64,000 bases of DNA from a plasmid. The notes under the pieces are model-generated. The model searched no databases and was not told where the DNA came from. It saw only the letters and a program-made list of their open reading frames with translations. Below are positions 51,803-61,300 of the stretch, in pieces (positions within the stretch are counted from its first letter, which is position 1; the number at the start of each line of letters is the position of its first letter). Position numbers and translations under genes: made by a program. Location of the stretch: sequence record NZ_CP135254.1; one strand, given 5' to 3'.

Positions 51803-52678
51803 ATGAATCACACCACCACACAGGCTGTCAGCGTCGACATTACCCCCCATAGCGGCGCGGGAGAGGTCATCCCGTCTTTGCCCGTCGAGCGCATTGTGGC
51901 GCAGCGTAACAGTGGCGTGGCGGCTTTTCTGGAAGCCATAAGGCTGCTACGTGACGCGCAGAAACTCATTTTTGAAGCATCCGGGCGCGGGTGGATCTCA
52001 GGCATGACCGAAATCATCGAACGCAGCCTGTCAGCCGACTGCAGCACCACGCGGGAAGCCGCCTTAAAACGCAGTATCTGCCGTTATGCCGATCGCGACA
52101 TCTGGACGCGCCTGATGAATGACACGGGCATGTTTACGCTGATGAGCGAGGCGCAGCGCAAGGAGTGGGACACGCAGCTCTACAGCGACGACTGCCCCGA
52201 AATCACACTCGACAACGTGATCGCCACGTTCCGGGCGCTTAACGCCAGCAAGGGAGAAACGTTTGAGCAGGGCGTGATTGACGTGTTCCGCAACCTCTCA
52301 TGGGACTATAAAACGCATAACCCGTGCTTTCTGGGAAAAAAAATTATCATTGATGGTGTCCTGGATAATCATCGCGGGCTGTATTTTTCCGTGCGCACGT
52401 ATGCACAGAACCGCATCGATGACCTTGCCCGCCCGTTCTGGATCCTCGACGGAAAGACCATACCCGACAATCGCGTCTCCGAGGGGGCAAACCTGAGCGC
52501 GTTTATCAGTCAGGGCGGTGCGAAGAGCGTGGGGGAGGTGTTTACGTGCGAGTATTTCACAGTACGCACATACAAAAAAGGCTCCGCGCACGTCACCTTT
52601 ACCCGGCCCGACCTGGTGGAGAAGGTGAACGACATTATCGCGCGGCACTATCCGGGGGCGCTGCCGCCGGTGGTCTGA
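51803..52678 (+). CDS. hypothetical protein, 291 aa
   Basis: ORF with an SD; no recognised motif. Confidence 0.55.
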   Translation: MNHTTTQAVSVDITPHSGAGEVIPSLPVERIVAQRNSGVAAFLEAIRLLRDAQKLIFEASGRGWISGMTEIIERSLSADCSTTREAALKRSICRYADRDIWTRLMNDTGMFTLMSEAQRKEWDTQLYSDDCPEITLDNVIATFRALNASKGETFEQGVIDVFRNLSWDYKTHNPCFLGKKIIIDGVLDNHRGLYFSVRTYAQNRIDDLARPFWILDGKTIPDNRVSEGANLSAFISQGGAKSVGEVFTCEYFTVRTYKKGSAHVTFTRPDLVEKVNDIIARHYPGALPPVV

Positions 52679-52884
52679 TGCACTGGCGGGGGACTCGTTC
52701 CCCCGTCACTGTCTGACCGCCCGCCGAAAACCTGCCTGCGGCGCGTGGCAGGGCTGCGCTGACGCGCCGCCACGGCCACTCTGTCACAGATTTGGTATCT
52801 CTGTTTCGGGCTGACTCTGGCTGTTCTGCTGATATCTTCCCCTGTTCCATTCTCTCTTCTGCTGTTTCTTTCTGACAGGCCAGA

Positions 52885-53490
52885 CCCGGGGACACCTTCG
52901 GCTCCCGACCGCTGCGCGTCCGGTCGTCGAGCCACACTCCGCTAACCGCGAAAGGACGCGGTAAGCTCCGCCGAACCCGCCAGGCGGTTTCGGGCCTGCC
53001 GGCTAGTGTCTGATGTCTGACGTCAACGGCAGGCTTGCAGCATCCGTTCCGGATGCGCCGCCCCTTTTACGCGCCGTCACCTGCGCTTTTCGCACCCCGG
53101 CAAACTGACGCCGGGCTGTAAGGGGCAACGCCGTTTTCGCTGCCGCTTCTCCGACGTTGCGGCGGGTTCCTGCTCTTTCCTTACCTGGTGCCGTTTCACC
53201 CCTTTGAGTCCTTTCGCCGGGGCTGAGACAAGCACAACCCGTCTTGCCGTCCATGCACTGCTGGCGCACGGCCATAAAAACTTTTTGCCTGAATCCGCAA
53301 AAACTTTTCACGTCCGGCATGGACGGCTTCACCGGGCCGTGCTCGTTTACGCCCTTGCGGCGAACGGCTCTCAAACGGGTGAAGGTAACAACCAGCGGAG
53401 CAGAGCAGCAGGTCCCCGCAAAACGTCAAAACCGCGGCCCCGGCAACTCAACGGGTGACGGTTTTAAAACCTCAAAGTCAGAAAAAGGAA
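52885..53490 (+). repeat. family 2 repeat copy C
   Basis: Aligned to copies A and B. Confidence 0.5.
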
Positions 53491-53497
53491 AACACTC

Positions 53498-53836
53498 ATG
53501 AATACCCGCATCGTTCATTCCATATCGTCCGTTCTGCGTACTGATGGCTTTGTGCGCAACATCCACGCCGCTAACCCGTTCGATGTTATCCGCGCCGATG
53601 TGGTGCTGGCACGCATCGAGAAAGAGGCGGGGCGCTGCTGCGGGATGCATTACGAGCTGTATCAGGCGCGCGTGCTGGGCGATGCGCTGGATTATCTGGG
53701 CGCGCTGCCGCTGAAAGACCGCCCGGCATTCATGGGTGCGGCGGCAAAACGTGGGTATCTGCTGACGTTAGCCGAAGAAGAGTGTGCGCAGGAAGCCCGC
53801 GATGTGCTGCTGAGTGAACTGGCGGCAAACGAGTAG
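53498..53836 (+). CDS. hypothetical protein
   Basis: 112-aa ORF. Confidence 0.5.
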   Translation: MNTRIVHSISSVLRTDGFVRNIHAANPFDVIRADVVLARIEKEAGRCCGMHYELYQARVLGDALDYLGALPLKDRPAFMGAAAKRGYLLTLAEEECAQEARDVLLSELAANE

Positions 53837-53890
53837 ACAACCCCGGATGGCGGCATGTAGCTGCCATCCCTTAACCCGAAGGAGAAAACC

Positions 53891-54238
53891 ATGCACTTAC
53901 ATCTCACCGAATCCTCAGCCCGTCCGGGAATGCAGGTCACAGCAGAAGCCGAGCGCGAATACTGGCTGAGTCGCCAGAAAGCAGCGGTGAAAGCGCCCGC
54001 TGAAATCGATGTTCACGCCTTCCATGATGCGCTGGGTCTGATGTACCCGCTCAACTGGTCAACGAGTGAGAGCGGTGGCTGGGAGACGTTCATGCTGCAG
54101 GAAATGGTCTGTGGTGACGTGACAGAGATTTATGCCCGCTACGGAGCCAGATATTTCCGGCTGCGGGATGTGTGCAACCTGAGCCATGCGCAGATTAAAA
54201 CGCGCATTAAGGAGGAATTTAACCTGTTCCGGAAATGA
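53891..54238 (+). CDS. hypothetical protein
   Basis: 115-aa ORF. Confidence 0.5.
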   Translation: MHLHLTESSARPGMQVTAEAEREYWLSRQKAAVKAPAEIDVHAFHDALGLMYPLNWSTSESGGWETFMLQEMVCGDVTEIYARYGARYFRLRDVCNLSHAQIKTRIKEEFNLFRK

Positions 54239-54328
54239 AAAAAGCAGGGAAAACCCTGCTTTATCCACGCCGTAAAAGTCGCGGGAACGATTTTTTCGGC
54301 TTCACATACACGATATATGGAGGTCTGT

Positions 54329-54559
54329 ATGACCCTGACTATTCTTTCACCTTCCACTGAGGCTGTAAAGCCCCGCCGTCACCAGCGCATTCTGCGCGAT
54401 GACATCGCCGCGCGGGAGATTGACCCGGCGCTGAAAGCCTTCGGACGGCATATTGCCCGGAGCATTCGCAAGGGGCGCGGCGTCCATATCCCGGCGATGA
54501 ACAACACCGCCTTCGGGCAGGTGCTCCGCACGCTTGAACTCAAACGCGCATGTAACTGA
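54329..54559 (+). CDS. small hypothetical protein (paralog of 51524..51754)
   Basis: See the paralog. Confidence 0.5.
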   Translation: MTLTILSPSTEAVKPRRHQRILRDDIAAREIDPALKAFGRHIARSIRKGRGVHIPAMNNTAFGQVLRTLELKRACN

Positions 54560-54605
54560 TAAGGTGAGCCGCTCCTTCGGGAGCGGCAACAGCGGAGGTA
54601 ATTGT

Positions 54606-55439
54606 ATGTCGCAGCTGAGTTTTGCCGATGTGTTCAACATGGCCAGAGAAACCGCTGAGAATAGCCCTGTGATCCAGGTCAGGGCGCAGGTCGCGGAAGT
54701 GGTGCCTTCTGTTCAGCGTTTGATGAGTGAGCAGCACAGCCGGAGCCGGTTTATCCACGTGTTTAAAGACACGGGTCGCCATCTGGGACGCTGGGAGGTG
54801 TTCAGTGATTTTCTGTCACTGGCCGCCAGTGAACTGGATATGGCCCGGATAAGAGCGCCGGAAAGCATTGAGCACTGCCGGAAAATCTGCGCGCGTTATG
54901 AGGCGTCAGATATCGCGAAGATGCAGGAGATGTTCTGCATGATGGTGTGCGCACTGGAGGCTAAATTTCATGATTTCCTCGGCGCCATTTTCATGGTGCT
55001 TGAGCTGGGCGATAACTTTCGCGGGCAGTATTTTACCCCATATCCGGTCCAGTCCCTCATGGCCCGGATGCTGATGCCGGGCGTCAGGGACACTATCCGC
55101 CGGGAAGGGATAGCCACGGTCAGCGACCCGGCCTGTGGTGCCGCCGGGATGCTGATTGCGTATGCGGAGTGCCTGCTTGAGGCAGATATCAATCCTTCCA
55201 TGCACATGTTCGGCAGCTGCATCGATATCGATCCGGTGGCGGCGGATATGGCATTCATCCAGCTGTATGTGCTGGGAATAGCCGCCGAAGTGGTGACGGG
55301 GAACACGCTGACGATGCAGATCCGGCGGGTAAGATACACCCCCGTGTATTATCTCAATGAGTTCGAAAAACGTCTGGCAGACCAGAACCGATACCGGGCT
55401 ATGCTGGAGTTTATGCGCGGAATACCGGAGGCTGCGTAA
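54606..55439 (+). CDS. HsdM-like N6-adenine methyltransferase fold lacking catalytic motif IV (possible decoy/antirestriction protein)
   Basis: Motif X/I RGQYFTPYPVQSLMARMLMP...DPACGAAGMLIAY. Motif II/III-like FGSCIDIDPVAADMAFIQLYVLGI. No NPP(F/Y/W) before the stop. Confidence 0.55.
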   Translation: MSQLSFADVFNMARETAENSPVIQVRAQVAEVVPSVQRLMSEQHSRSRFIHVFKDTGRHLGRWEVFSDFLSLAASELDMARIRAPESIEHCRKICARYEASDIAKMQEMFCMMVCALEAKFHDFLGAIFMVLELGDNFRGQYFTPYPVQSLMARMLMPGVRDTIRREGIATVSDPACGAAGMLIAYAECLLEADINPSMHMFGSCIDIDPVAADMAFIQLYVLGIAAEVVTGNTLTMQIRRVRYTPVYYLNEFEKRLADQNRYRAMLEFMRGIPEAA

Positions 55440-55699
55440 ATAACCGGAAGGGCAGGGGATAACCTGCCCGACTGCGGAAAAAAGGCCGCGCACCTGCGGT
55501 GCAGACTAATACCGGCTGCGCTACGCGCCGCCCGTATTAGTCCGTCGCGGGTTTCTCTCTTCATTAATATTTATTTGTCACTGTTATATTTCATCCGGCA
55601 TCCTGCTGTTTATCTCTTCTGGTATTTACCCTTTGCGCTGAAAATAATAAAAACTGGTCCGGGCGTCGTCCCTGGCGGGACACGGCTGTCGTGAACAGA

Positions 55700-56085
55700 G
55701 CCAGCAAGCTGTCTCTGCCCGGCCCTTCGGTAAACCTCCGGGCAGCGGGCTTCCATCCTGACGCAAATTCAAAATTGCGCTTGCTGCATCCTTATCAGGA
55801 TGCGCCGCTGTCACCGTGGCGATAAATACCCGCCACTCTGATGGCCGGAACGTGAATTCGATAAAGACCGAATTGGCGTTCCGGGTTGTGTGCATGCTCA
55901 CCCCCGCGCTATATCGCCCGACATCATCTTTTCGCGGAGGGCGGCTTTTAGCATCAGCCGTGGCGAAAATAAAGGGGTATATAAACGCTTCGCGCCCCTT
56001 TATTTCCTCCCCGTCGGCTGCAAATTGCCCTTTGCCGCTCAGTGATGAAGTCGAACGATTTAATAAACCGCGAAGGAGAAGTTCA
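55700..56085 (+). repeat. degenerate partial family 2 element upstream of the second klcA-like gene
   Basis: Core GCTTGCTGCATCCTTATCAGGATGCGCCGC matches the family 2 GCTTGCAGCATCC(C/T)TGTCAGGATGCGCCGCC. Confidence 0.3.
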
Positions 56086-56087
56086 GC

Positions 56088-56630
56088 ATGCACACAATTA
56101 ACGTCAACACCAAGGTCAACACCGCCACTCGTGAATCAGACGAACAATTTAAAACAGACAAATATCTGCGTTATGCAGTGACCGATGGTGATGAGCGTCT
56201 GGATTTTATCCCGGCCCTCTTTTTTACGCCGTCAGCAGATAATATGGCGGCTAGCTGGTTACGCCAGCACTCCGATTACGACGGTGGTTTCTGGTCTTAC
56301 TGGATCATTCCGCAGGGTGTCGGCGGAAATATCACGCCTAATCGCATCCAGTTCATCACTACGCAGACCGGGTATATCGCACCGGAAGGAAAACAGTCTT
56401 ACAGGATGCGCATCCCCGGCAATTATTTTGACGGTGACGTCAGCGCCGATGCTGCAGGAATTATTGCTACACTAATGATAATGAACTGGCTGTCATGGCA
56501 AGTGGCTGATATGGGACCGGAATATGCCCGCGTCTGTAAATATCTTGTTTCCCGTCAGGATGCGCTGAAAGATTATCTCAGCATTATTCATCATCCCGAA
56601 CGGCATTTAATCTGGCGGGCGATAGACTAA
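56088..56630 (+). CDS. KlcA/ArdB-family antirestriction protein, divergent paralog
   Basis: DVSADAAGIIATLMIMNWL and C-terminal HLIWRAID match the KlcA signature. Confidence 0.6.
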   Translation: MHTINVNTKVNTATRESDEQFKTDKYLRYAVTDGDERLDFIPALFFTPSADNMAASWLRQHSDYDGGFWSYWIIPQGVGGNITPNRIQFITTQTGYIAPEGKQSYRMRIPGNYFDGDVSADAAGIIATLMIMNWLSWQVADMGPEYARVCKYLVSRQDALKDYLSIIHHPERHLIWRAID

Positions 56631-56652
56631 TCATATACCTGAAAAAAAGACC

Positions 56653-57147
56653 TCATTCATGAGGTCTTTCGTTTTTAACCAGCCGGGATTGTCCGGCATT
56701 TTTATTTGCCTTGATGGCCCGGTAGATAGCTTCAATCTTTCTGGCATATGCCAGTCGTCGCATGGCCTGCCTGTCCGTTCTGCGGAATCCTGCGTTGTAG
56801 GCACCGACTGCCTCCCAGCTGACGCCCCACTTCTTAAACGCCAGCGCCAGATAATACGCACCGGTATAAATATTCAGGCAGGCATCCGTCAGAAGATGTT
56901 CCGGTTTAATACCGAACTCCGATAACCGGGCATGGTGCTGCGAATCGATTTGCATCAGTCCGGCACCGTAGCCCGATCCCGGATTTTTTCCGATGGCATT
57001 CACCACCCATTTAGACTCCTGCCATGAAATAGCCCGGAGCAGATCCGGATCTATTTGATAATCCCGACCCGCCATATCAAAACAATCCGTAGCCCATGCA
57101 GGCGTGGATATTAAAAGCAGGGCGGCAAACGCCAGTTTTTTTCTCAA
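56653..57147 (-). CDS. lytic transglycosylase (F orf169/geneX-like, SLT domain)
   Basis: Signal peptide; ISWQESKW...GLMQI...AYNAG SLT motifs; adjacent to oriT. Confidence 0.85.
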   Translation of the reverse strand: MRKKLAFAALLLISTPAWATDCFDMAGRDYQIDPDLLRAISWQESKWVVNAIGKNPGSGYGAGLMQIDSQHHARLSEFGIKPEHLLTDACLNIYTGAYYLALAFKKWGVSWEAVGAYNAGFRRTDRQAMRRLAYARKIEAIYRAIKANKNAGQSRLVKNERPHE

Positions 57148-57179
57148 AAGACTCCCTCCGGGCCGATTCCTGCAAATAC

Positions 57180-57560
57180 GTTAACCCAGACCAGGGCCAG
57201 ACTCAACAAATATGCACTCCTCACCACAAAATCACCACACACTACGCAAAATTAAAATTTTGCAGATTTGCATTTAAGAACAGTGGTTTAGTGTGAGTTA
57301 AATTAATTTATTTAATATAAGATTATACGATAGCGAATCGTCAATGAATTACCGACGATTCATTAACGAATCGCTAATGAATCGCTTACGATTCATAATA
57401 TTAAATTCAGGTGGTTAAGGTGAATTGACTCTAGATTCAATTCGTGATGTGATTCGCCTGGTGAATTGCAAAAAAACAGTATGAATCTAGATTCGATTCA
57501 CGATTCGAATCGTGGACGATTCATGCGTAATGGCTGGAGTTTATAAAATATGAAATCTGG
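57180..57560. other. oriT: origin of transfer oriT (F-like); nic inferred on the minus strand between 57236 and 57237
   Basis: The minus strand reads GCAAAATTTTAATTTTGCGTAGTGTGT|GGTGATTTTGTGGTGAGG, like the F nic region GCAAAAACTTGTTTTTGCGTGGGGTGT|GGTGCTTTTGGTGGTGAG. An AT-rich IHF-type stretch follows. GAATCG/CGATTC repeats (TraM sbm sites) lie at 57330..57550. Confidence 0.65.
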
Positions 57561-57580
57561 ATTTTTATAAGGAGTATGAC

Positions 57581-57973
57581 GTGGCTAAAGTTCAGGCTTA
57601 TGTCAGTGATGAGGTTGCTGATAAAATTAATGCGATTGTTGAGAAAAGACGTGTTGAAGGGGCAAAAGATAAGGACATCAGCTTTTCAAGCATATCAACA
57701 ATGTTGCTGGAACTAGGCTTGCGTGTTTATGAAGCTCAGATGGAACGCAAAGAATCTGGTTTCAATCAGATGGCCTTCAACAAGGCCTTACTGGAAAGTG
57801 TGATTAAAACGCAATTTACAGTTAATAAAGTTCTCGGCATTGAATGCCTGAGTCCTCATGTCAGTGGAAATCCGAGATGGGAGTGGCCGGGACTTATTGA
57901 AAATATCCGGGATGATGTTCAGGAGGTTATGCTCCGATTTTTCCCTGACGAGGAGAGCGAAGACGAAGAGTAG
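57581..57973 (+). CDS. traM: TraM relaxosome accessory protein
   Basis: MAKVQAYVSDEVADKINAIVEKRR... matches F-like TraM. Confidence 0.9.
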   Translation: MAKVQAYVSDEVADKINAIVEKRRVEGAKDKDISFSSISTMLLELGLRVYEAQMERKESGFNQMAFNKALLESVIKTQFTVNKVLGIECLSPHVSGNPRWEWPGLIENIRDDVQEVMLRFFPDEESEDEE

Positions 57974-58124
57974 AATAAGACTTTTCGTAGGAAGGTGATT
58001 GATTGTATAAATAGAGTGCTTTTTTATTCAAGGATGAATAATTGTTCTATTCATTGATGATTATTCAGAATAAAGATCTATGCTTATTTAGTGACTTTAT
58101 TGAAAGTGAGTTTTATAATTCAGG

Positions 58125-58205
58125 TGTAGTTTGAAAATTTGAGAAGCATTAGCGTCAGAAGGTGTGACTTCTGACGCTAACTATCCATAGAACCTTCTAA
58201 GGAGG
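58125..58205 (-). ncRNA. finP: putative FinP antisense RNA (position inferred)
   Basis: Perfect 11-bp stem hairpin AGCGTCAGAAG-GTGTGAC-CTTCTGACGCT at 58151..58178 in the traJ leader, overlapping the traJ RBS region. Ends not determined. Confidence 0.3.
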
Positions 58206-58211
58206 CAACCT

Positions 58212-58886
58212 ATGTGTGCGAAGGATCGTAGTCAAAACTCAGTATGCAGTCAAACGGAATTCATCCAATACCTCGATGATGTGTTTTCTATTTCTTCAAG
58301 TCTCTCCCTCATCCGTGACTCGCAGGGTGAGCTAGTTCATTTAAGTCCTCTTTTTGAGACACTCCTGTTGAAAGGTAGTGAACTAAAAGTATGGTTTTCA
58401 TTTATTCCACTTGATGTTCGGTTAGAGCTTTTTAATGCTGAGCTCAACTCTCTATCAGGAGAGGGGCCATATTTTTCAAAAAATGTGAAGTCGATGAATC
58501 AAGTGTTGAACATATTCATTGAGTGCATATATGTAAAAGGTCGTAAATTTACGCGTTGGGTTTTTTTTCCAGAGTCTAATGGTTTTTTTCATTTGCATCA
58601 TGAATATGACAAAGCTTCTAAGATAATTGATGATATTTTTTACTTGAGAAGGAAAGTGGATCTGCAGTTTTGGAAGGTTTTTAATTTATACGCCTTTGGT
58701 TTTACTAACTCGAAAATTTCAAGCTCAACTAATTTGACTGAGGATCAGGTTAAAAAAACAATTAAGAAGATTAAGGCTGAATGCTTTGTGAGCAGCAGTG
58801 ATTGTCTGGCTTTATTGACTTTGTATACACTAAATTATAATAGGCTAGCTATTAATGTGATTAACATTTTATCTAATAAATGTTAA
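58212..58886 (+). CDS. traJ: TraJ transfer activator (divergent)
   Basis: Position between traM and traY; AT-rich 224-aa ORF; SD AAGGAGG. Confidence 0.7.
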   Translation: MCAKDRSQNSVCSQTEFIQYLDDVFSISSSLSLIRDSQGELVHLSPLFETLLLKGSELKVWFSFIPLDVRLELFNAELNSLSGEGPYFSKNVKSMNQVLNIFIECIYVKGRKFTRWVFFPESNGFFHLHHEYDKASKIIDDIFYLRRKVDLQFWKVFNLYAFGFTNSKISSSTNLTEDQVKKTIKKIKAECFVSSSDCLALLTLYTLNYNRLAINVINILSNKC

Positions 58887-59025
58887 AAAAATGTAACTTC
58901 GTGCGCACTTTTAGTGCGCGTGAATGTGAAATTAATTTACTAAAAACCCCTCCTTTGTTTGTTTACTTTTTATTTTGTCAATGTAAACTTTATTAAAGTT
59001 TATTAACTGTTTTTTTGGAGGACGA

Positions 59026-59241
59026 TTGGAAAGAGCGGTTAGGAGTAACGCACGATCTGCGCCAGGAAAAAATGTGCTTCTGAAGCTGGATGAAGAGACT
59101 AATCGTCGGCTAATCAAAGCTAAAGACAGAAGCAGAAGAAGTAAAACGTCTGAGGCATATTTGCGATTGAAAGATCACCTTGAACGATTCCCGGATTTTT
59201 ATAATTCAGAAATCACTGAGCCAGGAGGTAAAAAGACATAA
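59026..59241 (+). CDS. traY: TraY (RHH relaxosome protein)
   Basis: LKLDEETNRRLIKAKDRSRRSKTSEAYLRLKDHLERFPDFYNSEI resembles the F TraY repeat. The true start may be an upstream non-ATG. Confidence 0.75.
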   Translation: MERAVRSNARSAPGKNVLLKLDEETNRRLIKAKDRSRRSKTSEAYLRLKDHLERFPDFYNSEITEPGGKKT

Positions 59242-59305
59242 TAAATTATGTAGTTTAAAGTTTACTAGCTGTTTTAAATAATCATTCTTTTTAAAGGAAA
59301 TAAAT

Positions 59306-59674
59306 ATGAATGCTGTATTAAGTGTTCAGGGAAATTCTTTCTCTGAAGAAACCAAACCGTCTTTTCTGTCACGCGTTTTCAATAAAAAGACAGCGCTGAA
59401 AGTGACCAAGGCTGCGCTGCCGTTGGCTGTTCTGGCATCGTTCTTCCCGGACGTAGCTATGGCCACCACTACCGCAACAGACCTGATGAAATCCGGTGAT
59501 ACCACCGTGAAAGGCACCTTCGGTAAATCATCCAGCGTGGTCAAATGGGTTGTTCTGGCAGAAGTTATCGCGGGCGGCATCATGTACATGATGACCAAAA
59601 ACGTGAAGTTCCTGTTCGGCTTCGCCATCATTTCTACCTTTATTACCATCGGTATGTCGGTCGCCGGTTACTGA
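59306..59674 (+). CDS. traA: TraA propilin
   Basis: 122 aa; leader plus mature pilin ...[34 protein letters not shown]. Confidence 0.9.
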   Translation: MNAVLSVQGNSFSEETKPSFLSRVFNKKTALKVTKAALPLAVLASFFPDVAMATTTATDLMKSGDTTVKGTFGKSSSVVKWVVLAEVIAGGIMYMMTKNVKFLFGFAIISTFITIGMSVAGY

Positions 59675-59684
59675 CAGGAAATAC

Positions 59685-59993
59685 GTGATGACGGGAGACG
59701 AATTAAAGCAATACCGTTTCCCGGAAACACTGACTAACCAGAGCCGCTGGTTTGGCTTATATCTTGATGAACTTATCCCGGCCGTGATTTGTCTCGGCTG
59801 GGGTTTCTGGACCAGTAAGTTTCTTTTTGGTATAGCTGCAGCGGCACTGGTTTTCTGGGGTATCAAGAAACTGAAAAAAGGAAGAGGCAGTTCGTGGTTA
59901 CGCGATTTAATTTACTGGTATCTGCCCACCTCTCTTCTTAAAGGTTTCTTTCATGATGTTCCGGACTCCTGTTTCCGGCAGTGGATTAAATAA
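59685..59993 (+). CDS. traL: TraL
   Basis: F-like TraL. Confidence 0.85.
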   Translation: MMTGDELKQYRFPETLTNQSRWFGLYLDELIPAVICLGWGFWTSKFLFGIAAAALVFWGIKKLKKGRGSSWLRDLIYWYLPTSLLKGFFHDVPDSCFRQWIK

Positions 59994-60012
59994 ATCAACG
60001 GGGAAATAACAT

Positions 60013-60579
60013 ATGGAACATGGTGCCAGACAAAGTACCACGCGTGTTATCGCCGTGGGGTTTATCTGTCTGGGGACGCTTTTTACCCTCAGCCTTGCGA
60101 CAAATATCATACAGGGCATTAATAACTATCGCCTGCAGACAGAACAGAAAGTAGCAGTCACCCCAATGTTGTTCAGCGCGCCATTTGCTGTATCACAGAA
60201 TCAGGCGGACGCGTCATATCTGGAGCAGCTGGGCCTGAGCTTTATTGCATTACGTCTTAACGTCACGCCGGAAACAGTGGACGCCCAGCATGCCCAGCTG
60301 CTCCGGTATGTTTTTCCCGGGGCGCAGAACAGCCTCAAAATCCAGCTGGCAGAGGATGCGAAGCGGATAAAAGACAACAATGTGAATGCCTCTTTTTATA
60401 TGACGTCTGTCCGTGCATACCCGGCTGAAAATCGGGTGGATATCCGCGGAGAACTGAAAACGTGGATAGGGGATTCTGCCCCCTACAGTGAAATTAAAAG
60501 TTACGTCCTGCAGTTTAATCGTGTGGATGGTGTCAGCTGGCTGGCGCGTTTTGGAGAAATAAATAATGAAAAAAATTAA
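60013..60579 (+). CDS. traE: TraE
   Basis: [12 protein letters not shown]...NNYRLQTEQ matches F TraE. Confidence 0.85.
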   Translation: MEHGARQSTTRVIAVGFICLGTLFTLSLATNIIQGINNYRLQTEQKVAVTPMLFSAPFAVSQNQADASYLEQLGLSFIALRLNVTPETVDAQHAQLLRYVFPGAQNSLKIQLAEDAKRIKDNNVNASFYMTSVRAYPAENRVDIRGELKTWIGDSAPYSEIKSYVLQFNRVDGVSWLARFGEINNEKN

Positions 60580-61300
60580 CCCGTTATTTCTCTCCGGTTG
60601 CCTGTTCTTTTCGCTACCTGCGATATCGGCCACCCTTAGCGGTACGCTGGCGCCGACCGTTGTTCCCCTGGCGAACGGCGGGCAGGCAAACATTGCCGTG
60701 AGTAACACGGACCCCAACCTCTTCACCGTTCCCGGTGACCGTATTACTGCGATTAACAGTCTGGACGGTGGTCTGACAAACCAGGAGCAGACCGACAGCG
60801 GTGGAGCGATTCTGGCCACGGTCAGCAAAAAGCCGTTCACCTTCATTGTGGAAACCGAGCGCGGACTGAACTTCTCCATCCGGGCGGTACCACGCGCCGG
60901 GGTGGGGCGCACTATCCAGCTGGTCTCCGAGCTCGTGGGGACACCGGGTCCCGCTAAATCATGGGAAGAATCCGGTCCGTATGAAGGCATTCTGGTTTCC
61001 CTGAACCGTGCTGTTCGCCAGGGTCAGATCCCTGATGAATACCAGGCTGTTCCTGTCACATCGGAATCACTGCAGGTGCCCGCTGGTCTGCGTGCGACAG
61101 CGGAAAAAGTCTGGACCGGGCATCACCTGAAAGTGGTGCGTTACAGCCTCGAAAATATCAGTTTTTCGCCCCGGATGATCCGCGAAAGCGATTTCTGGCA
61201 ACCCGGCACCCGCGCCATCATGCTCAGCAGCCCTGCTGGCCAGCTGACCGGAGGTGGCCGGATGCAGGTCTGGATCACCACCTCTGAAGGGGGTCGCTGA
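60566..61300 (+). CDS. traK: TraK (secretin-like)
   Basis: [33 protein letters not shown] matches F TraK. Confidence 0.85.
   Translation: MKKINPLFLSGCLFFSLPAISATLSGTLAPTVVPLANGGQANIAVSNTDPNLFTVPGDRITAINSLDGGLTNQEQTDSGGAILATVSKKPFTFIVETERGLNFSIRAVPRAGVGRTIQLVSELVGTPGPAKSWEESGPYEGILVSLNRAVRQGQIPDEYQAVPVTSESLQVPAGLRATAEKVWTGHHLKVVRYSLENISFSPRMIRESDFWQPGTRAIMLSSPAGQLTGGGRMQVWITTSEGGR

Noticed and set aside
45385-53490. Considered that the family 2 repeats could be hok/sok-type (flm/srnB) post-segregational killing loci, which also occur in F-like leading regions.
   Set aside because: No Hok-like ~50-aa hydrophobic ORF (MK(L/Q)P...C...) in any frame of the repeats. The only in-frame ORF (MSEVNGRLAASLSG...) is hydrophilic, GC-rich and poorly conserved between copies. 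The repeats sit directly upstream of gene blocks like promoters/leaders.
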